From positions 54,312,001 through 54,376,000 of the forward strand of contig OZ024744.1 of assembly GCA_964016885.1 (NCBI GenBank): a DNA stretch of 64,000 bases, in the 5' to 3' direction. Each line of letters opens with the position of its first letter. The stretch's first letter is position 1. The position numbers and the translations under genes were made by a program. Below, in pieces: positions 1 to 64,000 of the stretch. Origin of the DNA: Eledone cirrhosa (Eukaryota). The notes below the pieces were generated by a model, which had not been told where the DNA came from, did no database searches, and worked only from the letters and a program-made list of their open reading frames with translations.

Positions 1-1341
1 TATTATAGTTTCACTACTAACACCTTATGAGTTTATATCTTATTAAATACTTTGTTTGGAGTCTCATTCAACTAGTGAACCTCCTCCTCTACACACTTAA
101 TATCCGCCCCTTCTATTATACTATATATAAATTTCACCTTTATGCTCCTTTTTATGATATTATATAATATATTGATTTTACTTTTATGCTCCTTCCTATC
201 CTCCATAACCTCTCCTCTTTCTGTTCCCATTGGTCTACCATAGTTCTATTTAGAGTCCTTTTATTTGATAACGTTATTCGACTGAACGAAGCATATTTTG
301 CTCTATTCTTGATAATTTTATTGAGATATCTTAAACTTATACGGTTTTGATGACTTAAACACTAGCCAATTTTGAAGTGACTAAATATGTATTTTAAATA
401 CTTTTAATATTAATTAATTTAAAAAGGTTTTCTAGTCAACTCTGGTCTACATTTCTATCTTTTTTCTTTTACTTAACCGCTTGTGACACCTAAGTAAATA
501 TACTTGTTTTTGTTTTTCGATCTTCGGTTTATTTTATTTATTTTTTTACTACCACACGCTGTTTGTCTGACCATGTAATTTTATTAATATATGTCTGTAT
601 GTCAACCACGTAAATATATTTTGTAATACTTTGTGATATTTTGGTAATATTTATGCCAATGTAAAATGACTTGACCTCCGTGTATTTGTTACAATGGTAT
701 AGATATTTTTTCAACACAATTTAGTTCTTTATGATTTTTTCTTACCCTGTGTAAAACTTTATACTATTTGTTAACTTTGAATTATATGTATGATGTAATT
801 TTGTATATCTTTTGATGCCAATATATTATAATATTGTTATTATAATGTTATTATAATGTTTCTATATTGTTTATGCACACTGACAGGGAATTATATATTA
901 TATTTTATTTTTATTTTTATCTTTATTCTTATTTTTATCTTTATTATTATATTATACTGTAAACAATATATATATATATATATTTAAATACTTAATAAGT
1001 GTTAGTTTGTATTTGTACTAATGTGTATATGTATAGATATATATATATATATAGACATACATTAAGCTTTTTATTATCACCATCGATTATATTATATTAT
1101 ATTCTATATCGTACTGTAATTCTCGCATTATATTACCATTTGTGTTTCAAGTTTTTGCATTATGCAATGTGGGTTCAACATGTTAATCACTTCCTTGCTA
1201 TTTGGTCCATATCTATGTTTGTAACTGCTCACTCTTGATCTTAGCCAACTTTTCCTTGATATCTTTCCTAAGCTTTAATAGATGTATACTCCATATTCTT
1301 CTCAGTTTTTGGCTTGTATTGGCCGATAGTGCTTCTTGTAG

Positions 1342-1395
1342 CTTTACTTGCCCTGATGAGTCCTTAATAGGACGAAACATTGTTGGCTATTAAAG
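1342..1395 (+). ncRNA. Minimal type I hammerhead ribozyme, probably in the 3' end of a PLE-like element ending at the (TA)n near 1541
   Basis: cttta-ctt-gcc CTGATGA gtcct-taat-aggac GAAA c-att-g TT ggc-tat-taaag: core at 1353-1359 and 1374-1377, 5-bp stem II, stem I with a 3x3 internal loop, GUU cleavage triplet. Confidence 0.8.
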
Positions 1396-1538
1396 TCTTT
1401 TGATGTATTGAAGGCTTCTTTGGTTTATTTTTTATAATTCTTCGGCTCTGTTTAATTACATTGAGCTATATCTTATACTGTCATTTCTATAATATGAAGA
1501 GGGTGTTTAACTCCAACACACTCCAGTATTTTAATTCT

Positions 1539-1574
<36 letters not shown>

Positions 1575-1605
1575 ATCAAAAGATGGTTAAAAGAGTTCCA
1601 TGTAA

Positions 1606-1671
1606 TTTATTATGCGCATTTCAAAAACAAATATCATCATGCAATAACATTTGTGTTTTCATCAGATAAAA
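1606..1671 (-). ncRNA. Hammerhead ribozyme in the Hydra-like PLE terminus
   Basis: Minus strand tttat CTGATGA aaacacaaatgtt...gatatttgttttt GAAA tgcgca TA ataaa; self-complementary stem III ATGCGCAT. Confidence 0.85.
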
Positions 1672-2023
1672 TAGGAAGACATGATATGAAGGTTAAAAAC
1701 ACTTGTGGATAGTGCAGTTTTAAATCAACATATGAAAAGTAGTTTTAGATTGATGTGTGATATTGGGGAAAAAAATGTTTGAGAGGGGGGGGGAGGAATG
1801 AGGAGGAGATGAGAGTAAAAAGTGGAGGGGGAGGAGTATAATGAGGAAGGATGAGATAGGAGGAGAGATGGGTGATAGAGAGAGAGAGATAGCTTTTATA
1901 ACTGAGAAAAATATATTGTTTTACATAGAGAGGTTGAAACACCGTTGGAAGATAATGTATAAATTAAAAGAATTTGAAAATTAACGAAGAGAAAAATAAT
2001 GTAAAGTTAAGGTTTGTATATTG

Positions 2024-2190
2024 AAGGGTTTAATAATATGTGCGATGAAAAGAAATTGTTAATATGTATTAAGAATAATATTTAAGGGTTTAATAATATG
2101 TGCGATGGAAAGAAAATGTTAATATGTATTAAGAATAATATTTAAGGGTTTAATAATATGTGCGATGGAAAGAAAATGTTGATATGTATT
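2024..2190. repeat. 60-bp minisatellite (~2.8 copies) in the PLE 3' UTR
   Basis: aagggtttaataatatgtgcgatg...aatattt recurs with period 60. Confidence 0.9.
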
Positions 2191-2558
2191 ATTAAAAAAA
2201 CAAAAGTAATGTAAGTAAGGATATATTGTGAGATGAGCATGAATAAGTTAGATGAAAGTGAGAAAAAAATAATGAATAGAGGATGAATAATCTAACGTCA
2301 AAAAAAATGTTTATGTTTACGAAGGATTTTTTAAAGGTGATATAAAGTAAGAATATATTGTATTGTGTAATAATTGTTTCTGTTAGGCACAGTGAGAAAA
2401 GGTACAGATTAGGGGTTAGAAATTAAAAGAAAAAGAAAAGGAAAAGGATGAAAGAGAAGTGATAAATAGGAGTGATATAAAATGAGTAACAAGTATTATA
2501 TAATGTATAATAAATAACTTTGAAATAAGGTAGAAAGATGGGTATATTTTTAAAGAAG

Positions 2559-2590
<32 letters not shown>

Positions 2591-2630
2591 CCTTTGAGAA
2601 AAGGATTCTGAATTGATAAAGTTTAGGATA

Positions 2631-3987
2631 TTAGCTGTATACTTTATGGAATGTTCTGTGGAATTTATGCAAGCAGAGAGAAAACAAGTCAGTGCGTCTA
2701 TTTATTATAGAATCTAAATTAGATATAATAGTACATTTTTCATTTAGACAGAGATTGCAAGTCTTGGATAGAGAACTGTTCAAGTATAGAGAAGCAGAAG
2801 AAACCTTTTTCCAAGAGATGTTATATTTAATATTTTTGTCTTTCAAGGACCATATGAGTTCTGAGAGAGCCGTGTTGGTTCTTTTAAGTTGGTATTTAAA
2901 AGACGAATGATGATTATAAAGACGAGCTTTAAACGAAGTGGAAGTGGAGCCAAAATAGGTGAAGGAATTGGTGTCAGTTATAACTTTACATTCGTAGATT
3001 AAGTTTTTATCAAGACAATGGTTGTTGAGAGGACATTTATTTTTAGCAGGGCAATTGCAATTAAGATTAGAGAGATTATTAACGAGTGACCTAGTGTTAT
3101 CTATAGAAGGAATTGGATTGGAGAAGTTATTTGCGATAGGAATAATAGTTTCTTGATTTAGAATGGGATTAAGAACATTTAGCGAAGTTGTGTTTGACGT
3201 AGTATTTGGGTTTGCAGAAATTAGCCTAGAGTTTACAATGACGTCGGGAGTACTATTACTATTATTATGAAATTCAGTGTTGGAAGGAAGAGATTTAGTA
3301 TTTAGTATTTTATTGTTGTGTTTAGAGATAATGTTGGAAATGTTGGAGGATATCGAATAGGAAAATGTTATAGTGTGTTTGTTAAATATTTTACTATAGA
3401 TATGTGAGGGAGGGAAGCATTTATTTAAGGCACTAAAGAATAATTTAGGAATATTATTATTAATAGAGATGGAGAAAGGAGCATTATACCAGATTATGTT
3501 TTTGTATCTAGGTCTTTTATTAAAGTTATTGGAATGATCATGATTAATTATTCTACTGTAAAATCTTCTAGAATTTGTTTCTTTATTATATTTGATTTTA
3601 TCAGGATAGCCGGCTTTAGAAAGCGCGTTATTATAGTAATTGACGTTAGCATCAAAGATGTTTTTATTAGAAGACAGGTTAGATATTCTTTTTCCAATAT
3701 TACTAACTATAGCATTCTTAATATTAGTAGGGTGGTTAGATTTGAAATTAACATAATTTAGGTTCTCATTGTTTTTATAGTAAGGGTAATATAGGCCAGT
3801 GTCAAGATTAAGAGATACATCCAAGAAATTAGCTATTTTGATGCTGTTATCAAATTCAATTTTTAGGTTATGTAGGTTAAAGAGATTACGTATATTGTTC
3901 TTAATAATATTAAGGTTAACTATGTTGCAATTTAAGATAGTAAAGAGTTCATCGTCACGATAAATTCCATCGCAAAGTTGAGGAATA
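2631..3987 (-). pseudogene. Truncated PLE ORF: RT C-terminus/thumb, N/S-rich linker, GIY-YIG endonuclease
   Basis: Track ORF 2631..3824 plus in-frame upstream codons; lacks RT motifs 1-4. Confidence 0.85.
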
Positions 3988-4089
3988 TTTGATCTTATAT
4001 ATTATGTTTACTCCAGTCCTACAAACTGTAGAGTGCTTCTTATCCGATATCTACATTGCTATAGTGTACTACGATAAAACTCACCTCCT

Positions 4090-4154
<65 letters not shown>

Positions 4155-4221
4155 TTTATATATAGAGAGAAAGGATAAATTACAGAATAACTTATTACAT
4201 GTTGTTCAAATTATAACTTAC

Positions 4222-58261
<54,040 letters not shown>

Positions 58262-58468
58262 CTAGAATATATAAACAAAATCATAGTAAACCTACATGTA
58301 TATATACAATAACATTACAAATGCAGGAAACAGTTATTGGATTCATTATCTCTGATATATACATATATACACCAGGTCCGAACAGAAAAGGACCAAACTC
58401 CTGCTGTCCCAGCCATTTATATATATATATATATACATATAGTTATGTAATAAACAACATAGATAATT

Positions 58469-58542
58469 ATTTCATTTACCAAGATTTCTCGAAGACAGAT
58501 GAGCCTGACACAAACGTCCGACTTCGGTCGTCAGAATGAAAT
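58469..58542 (-). ncRNA. Hammerhead ribozyme in a short TA-flanked element (~58441-58610)
   Basis: atttcatt CTGACGA ccgaag...cttcga GAAA tcttgg TA aatgaaat: 8-bp stem I, GUA triplet. Confidence 0.78.
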
Positions 58543-58632
58543 TTTATTTAAAAGCTCTGTAGCCTACATAGAGCACTCTCTGTTCCTTTACCTTTCCTAC
58601 GGAAACACTTTATATATATATACATATATATA

Positions 58633-58829
58633 ACGAAGGAAATGTGGTAAGGAACCAGGTGGACCATAACGCACCAAAGTACTCAATACTTGAGGTAGTA
58701 GAGTGGGTAATAGGGACCAGTAAGACCCCGACAGCTGAGCTCAAGCCGTTTCGACGGCTAATTCTGGACCAAGAATTAGCCGTCGAAACGGCTTGAGCTC
58801 AGCTGTCGGGGTCTTACTGGTCCCTATTA
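58633..58829. mobile_element. Perfect fold-back with one-sided tail containing the 3' half of a hammerhead
   Basis: 58-bp arms 58708-58765 and 58772-58829, 6-nt loop; GAAA cggct-tgagctc-agctg TC ggggtc; TA flanks. Confidence 0.7.
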
Positions 58830-59112
58830 TATACATATATATATATATTTATATTTTTGAAAATATACTAGACGCTGACGGATTCGCTCCGTAAATATAC
58901 CTTTAATACCAAATTTCTATATCATGACGACCATCGTTATAACTAAAATCTAATCTTATATACACACGTACACAGAGGATACACAGAGAAACTCACGCTC
59001 ACACACGCACACAGAACCTAACACACACACACTCAAAAAGGCACCATCTGACAAACACACCCAAACAGGTAAACGATAAAGTTATATACAACCCCATACA
59101 CCTATATGTATA

Positions 59113-60044
59113 CATCAACAAACACATAACACCAACATCACTTCACTTATATATGTACACACTATTTTATACATCAGCTCCACCATACACATTACATAAA
59201 CTTCCATGTATATAAATATACAATTTAATGTCGATTTGATGTTAATGTTGAAAGACGTGTAATAGTTTTCTGTACAGACTAACTTTCGATATACCACTTG
59301 TTGGTGTGTCTGATGGTGTGTCTGACTCAGAGATAAAGTTCTATACAGCAGTCTTAACTGGAATAAGTAAGGATGAAATAATAAGAAACCTTTCCTTTAC
59401 CACCATTCCAATATCCCTAAGTATCGAGGTTAATAAAATATTTCTCCTGGTTTATGTTAGGGAGTTTGTAATATAAAGTTTGATATTCTTGACAGAATTA
59501 AGTCGTTTATATGTTACTGTTAAAAACATTAAATAATTTACTGTACAATTTAATAGTTAAATAGTTTAAATTCACACGTTTTAAAAGTACGTTTAGGCTT
59601 GATTGGTGAACTAAGAGGAGATTCAGTGGAACGGTCATCGGGAAAATATATTGAGAATATTAGCAAACTTATATATGTAGAGGAAAATAACAAGTCAAAC
59701 GAAATAAAGTAATGTCTTACCCAATATATATCAATATAATATTTTAGAGGTAATACCTTTTCTTGAATTGTGAAGCAGAAACGGTTCGAAACAATAACAA
59801 ACGATCTATCTGTTCTTCCTTAACTGGCCTATATGAGTGTCTCTGAGTCAGACAAACCAACAAATGGTATATCGAAAGTTAGTCTGTACAGAAAACTATT
59901 ACACGTGTTTCAACATTAACATCAAATCGACATTAAATTGTATATTTGTATACATGGAAGTTTATGTTTATGGTGGAGCTGATGTATAAAATAGTGTGTA
60001 CATATATAAGTGAAATGATGTTGGTGTTATGTGTATGTTGATGT
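59113..60044. repeat. Inverted duplication of array-derived sequence
   Basis: ~59841-60044 is the reverse complement of ~59113-59332 with small indels. Confidence 0.85.
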
Positions 60045-60529
60045 GTTGGTGTAAATGGTAGCACAGTGGTCCGGATAACCAAAGATGTGTGTTCGACTCC
60101 CATGTACGTCAATACTCATCTTTTTCCATTTCTCCGAGGGTTCTTAACACCACTATCAGGCTAAATAATTTCTTTAATTTCTTTAGTCAAAATACGGCGA
60201 TAGCTTACATTTCTAATAATTTCAAACCAACTCGCTGTTTCGAAAATATTCTTACTTGACATTACAGTCGCTAAGTTTATAGCTTCTAATTTAAACGGAA
60301 AAAGACGGGTGATGTGTTGGCGTAAATGGTAGCACAGTGGTCCTGATAACCAAAGATGTGGGTTCGACTCCTATGTACGTCATTACTCATCTTTTTCCAT
60401 TTCTCCGAGGGTTCTTAACCCCACTATCAGGCTAAATAATTTCTTTAATTTCTTTAGTCAAAATACGGCGATAGCTTACATTTCTAATAATTTCAAACCA
60501 ACTCGCTGTTTGGAAAATATTCTTACTTG

Positions 60530-60530
<1 letters not shown>
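60039..60530 (+). mobile_element. Partial tandem (271-bp period) of a tRNA-like-headed element
   Basis: tRNA-like segments 60039-60112 and 60310-60383 (acceptor tgatgtg/tacgtca, T arm gtggg-ttcgact-cctat), TTTTT shortly after, ends in TA. Confidence 0.7.
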
Positions 60531-60561
<31 letters not shown>

Positions 60562-60678
60562 TTGGGAGTCTGGGACCACCCGTGTAACCTATCATAGTTG
60601 AAGTGTTGATCTGCAGTCGGGATCTGATTGATCAACCCCGAGCTGATCGTTATAGAATGAATTGTAATACGAAATAAT

Positions 60679-60863
60679 TGTTTCTACTTTAGGCACAAGG
60701 CCAGCAATTACCCAGTGCATTACTGGTACTTTATTTTATCGACCCCGTAAGGATGAAAGGCAAAGTCAACCTCGGCGGGATTTGAACTCAGATCGTAAAG
60801 GGACGTAACTATGCTGGAAAGCATGGCGTCTGACCCTCTACCGATACTGCCAATCCACCGCCC
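60679..60863 (-). mobile_element. Meta-domain-like tRNA SINE with 17-bp TSD
   Basis: TSD ttgtaatacgaaataat at 60662-60678 and 60864-60880; homologous to 47087-47274. Confidence 0.88.
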
Positions 60864-60956
60864 TTGTAATACGAAATAATGTTTCATGCGAAGCTACAAC
60901 TCTTATTGTCACTCCCCCCCCCACACCTCACTCTCTCTCTCTCTCTTTCTTTATTC

Positions 60957-61002
<46 letters not shown>

Positions 61003-61207
61003 CGACACAGACACACACATATATATATATATATATGCACACCCGTACACTAACATACAGGCATACACACACACCTCTCCGTATAAAACAAGAGCTGAAA
61101 AATATATTTCAACATGTGAACCCCCCCCCCCCCCCCACACACACACACACAAACACACATTCCTCCTGACCGATTCATTTCCATTATCACAACAATGAAC
61201 AACTTTG

Positions 61208-61249
<42 letters not shown>

Positions 61250-61767
61250 TTGTCTTAAGGGACACCTGAACTGTTGACCTCTCAACATGACTGCAACTCA
61301 ATCAAGCGGAAAGGGACACTCTTCGACAAACCTACATTTGGCGCCAAGCCAGTTCGCGCTAAAATCAATTTAAAGTTGCACGTGACTTCTACCGACTAAT
61401 CAAAATTGTTTTGACTACAAGAATTTTTGCAATACGAATTGGCGAGAAATTTATAGTGCTTATTCACGTGACATTCAACCAACCAACCAAATTTTAATAC
61501 CTTCCAAGCCACTTTTTTCACATAAAATAGGAAGAATTTCCAAAACTGATCAGATTAGAGCAAAAATCACGAGCACTCTATCTGAAAATTATTTTTGAAA
61601 AGCATAGGAAATGCGCAACCGGTAACAACTTAAAACTAAAACTGAATACTAACTAATACTTATTACTAATTTATACCTATTCCTAATTAAACTATTTTTC
61701 ACTGGGAAAAATTTCTCATCATTTTCTTTTCCTTTTTACTAATATATCACAACTTGTGTGTCACACC

Positions 61768-61844
<77 letters not shown>

Positions 61845-61848
<4 letters not shown>

Positions 61849-62062
61849 CCACCGAGATCGTATTTCGGCGGTGGCCAAAAACAAAGCAGAACGCAAATTC
61901 GAGATATACGGTAAGCGCTCAATGAACTAAAAGAAGACCAGAGCAATTAACATAGGTTATAGAGGCCAGACAAAATGAATACAGTGGTCGTGAAGCTATC
62001 AGCCACCTGAGCCAAGATATGGCTTGATGACCACCGTTTTCATCTTGTCTGGCCTCTATAAC
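61845..62062. repeat. Imperfect fold-back with one-sided tail between (TA)n tracts
   Basis: gttatagaggccagacaaaatgaa... (from ~61955) versus ...ttcatcttgtctggcctctataac (to ~62062). Confidence 0.65.
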
Positions 62063-62082
62063 ATATATATTATATATATATA

Positions 62083-62182
62083 TGCATACATACATACATG
62101 CATACACACATACATACATACATACATACATACATACATACATACATACATACATACATACATACATACATACATACATACA
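62083..62182. repeat. (CATA)n microsatellite
   Basis: Direct reading. Confidence 0.95.
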
Positions 62183-62747
62183 TGGTGGCTGCCAACTCGT
62201 TTTCGAGTACGGCCACTACTTTATATCCATGTAGGAGAACCTCTACTGATGCGCTGAACGAGTGTGACTTTTTAGTCCGGCCAGCGACTAGAAAACTCTG
62301 GTACAAACACTACACTTGTGACAATTATTGACACATAATGCTGGGCCCATGGTACCATGTGACGACAAGTGCAGAGAGATCTCCAGATATAAAGCAATGC
62401 CTGTGCAGTGAAGCTTTTATAGTGAGCAAAGGCACTGCACAAAGCCAGTCCCACTCTCTTAACCAAGATAATATTTACCAAAAAGAAGAAAAAGTCAACA
62501 TCATCGGATACCATCAGGGTTGCAGGTGTTATATTAGAGTATTCCTTCTCCTAGAATTCTGCCTTGACAAAGGCTAAGGGGTCATCTCACCCGGTGATTT
62601 TGGATGGCCATTGACTCTTAAGAGTTCCTTTGCCCTTTGACAGGTTTTGTTTTTAGTCCTGCAGGATGTCAAAAGTCAGCTCCTCACCAAGAAACCTTGG
62701 TGGCGTTGCCAGTTTAGTCGCCAACGACCCGACCACGAGACAGGTTG
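62183..62747 (-). mobile_element. Probable non-autonomous RTE-type element with (TGTA)n tail
   Basis: Minus-strand ggcgactaaa and aaggcag...ctaggagaaggaatactc resemble RTE 5' UTR motifs as I recall them; no ORF; unverified. Confidence 0.4.
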
Positions 62748-62796
62748 TACATACATACACATATATATATATATATATACATATATATATACATAT

Positions 62797-62869
<73 letters not shown>

Positions 62870-62875
62870 TATATG

Positions 62876-62909
<34 letters not shown>

Positions 62910-63102
62910 AGCTATCGCGATGTTTTGACTAAAGGAATTAAAGAAATTATTTAGCCTGATAGTGGGGTTAAGAACCCTCTGAGAAATGGAAAAAGACGAG
63001 TATTGACGTACATACTCGTCTTTTTCCATTTCTCCGAGGGTTCTTAACCCCACTATCAGGCTAAATAATTTCTTTAATTCCTTTAGTCAAAACATGGCGA
63101 TA
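62910..63102. repeat. Fold-back copy of the body of the 60.0-60.5 kb element
   Basis: Arms ~62913-63003 and 63012-63102, spacer tgacgtac; TA flanks. Confidence 0.88.
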
Positions 63103-63112
63103 TATATATATA

Positions 63113-64000
63113 TTCGTTTTGCAAGGTTGTTTTGATATGAAATCGTGTGTCAAAACAAATATTGTTATACTTGGGGAGGGTCATATTGTTGTAATAATAT
63201 TGCCAGAAATAATAACAGGTCACACTCACTGTTTGGTTGTTTTCCCTTCTGCATCTTTTATATCATCATAGTTAATTTTATTGTGTTGCATTGTAATGTT
63301 CACGCCATTTTTTTTTTGTCTCCGTCTCTGCGCATGCGTTTGCGTGTGTGTATAATGTTTGGTGTGTGTGTTCACGCGTGGGTGTATGTGTTTTTGTTTT
63401 TGTTTTTGTACTCTATCTTTGTTTACTAGTATGTGTTTATATGTTTGTTGTTATTGTACTTGTATATATATATATTTATTTATATTTCTCTTAAGTCAGT
63501 ATTGTTTGTTTGGGTATGGTTGTTGTTGTTATTCCATTTGTTTTTTCTGTTTAACTTTGGTTTTCTAAGCTCTATTTCGCTCGATTCTCTGATTTGCCTA
63601 CCTGTTGGGTCATTTCTATGTTTAGATATTATTTTAATTTCTATGTTGTCTATATTACCGTGATATATTTGTCTGGTGTGTTCGTATAGTACTCAACATT
63701 ATTTTTGTCCTTTTAATTCCTCTCAGTGTTGGTCGATTCTTTCTCCTATGCTTTGAGCTGTCTCACCTATGTATGTCGTTGTCATGTTTCTGCAAGTACC
63801 CTCTGTACATCTTATGCTATAGACTACATTTCTAGTTTTACAGTTTATCTGGGGGTTTACTTTACATATAACACATTTCCTATTAGATACAGTGGGCTTT
63901 TTTAAAGGATATGTTTTGCTGATCAGGGATTTTATGGTAGTTCCTGGCTTTTCTACCACTTTAAGCTTTAAGTGGGTCTTTCTTAGGGCCTTTCTACATT
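63113..64000 (-). mobile_element. 3' part of a decayed PLE related to the 26.3-29.8 kb element (runs off window)
   Basis: VEKPGTTIKSLISKTYP...NCKTRNVVYSIRC...YIGETAQSIGERIDQH*, further in-frame stops, KPKLNRK, terminal MTLPKYNNI segment. Confidence 0.9.

Larger units (their letters stand above)
1571..3997 (-). mobile_element. 5'-truncated Penelope-like retroelement, Hydra-clade-like
   Basis: The frame extends upstream of the called ORF to RT motif GIYRDD (~3950-3968) and NFLDV. C-terminal GIY-YIG domain (LIYEC...YFGST...FKARLYNH) with CxCx5C linker (CNCPAKNKC) and CNLCLNEK. Hammerhead at the 3' end; flanked by TA. Confidence 0.85.

Noticed and set aside
59758-59812. Possible 54-nt phase-1 exon (RSFVIVSNRFCFTIQEK)
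   Set aside because: Purine-rich acceptor, weak donor, single copy.
60310-60383. Functional tRNA gene
   Set aside because: Anticodon stem-loop register and D stem are defective, the two copies differ, and it sits in a mobile repeat.

Overview
AT-rich animal genomic DNA, probably a cephalopod such as Octopus (inferred from the SINE/RTE repertoire and long (TA)n tracts). About 4.2-58.3 kb is a tandem array of a ~2-kb unit separated by (TA)n microsatellites. On the minus strand it is not plain satellite: each unit carries three symmetric phase-1 mini-exons (B 60 nt, C 66 nt, A 60 nt) with AG/GT sites. All 40 exons I read are stop-free and would splice to ~826 codons of a 62-aa S/T/K/E/P-rich repeat that the ORF track cannot see. 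The introns, mostly their (TA)n tracts, hold RTE LINEs with a PHD-like finger, RTE-tailed and Meta-like tRNA SINEs, a composite non-autonomous Helitron block and several Penelope-like element (PLE) families. PLE termini supply nine complete minimal hammerhead ribozymes plus one half ribozyme, often in fold-back palindromes whose junctions fall in or next to the ribozyme. A tRNA-like, ribozyme-less ~271-bp element shows the same tandem and fold-back architecture. Everything was read by eye; no alignments, folding or database searches were run.
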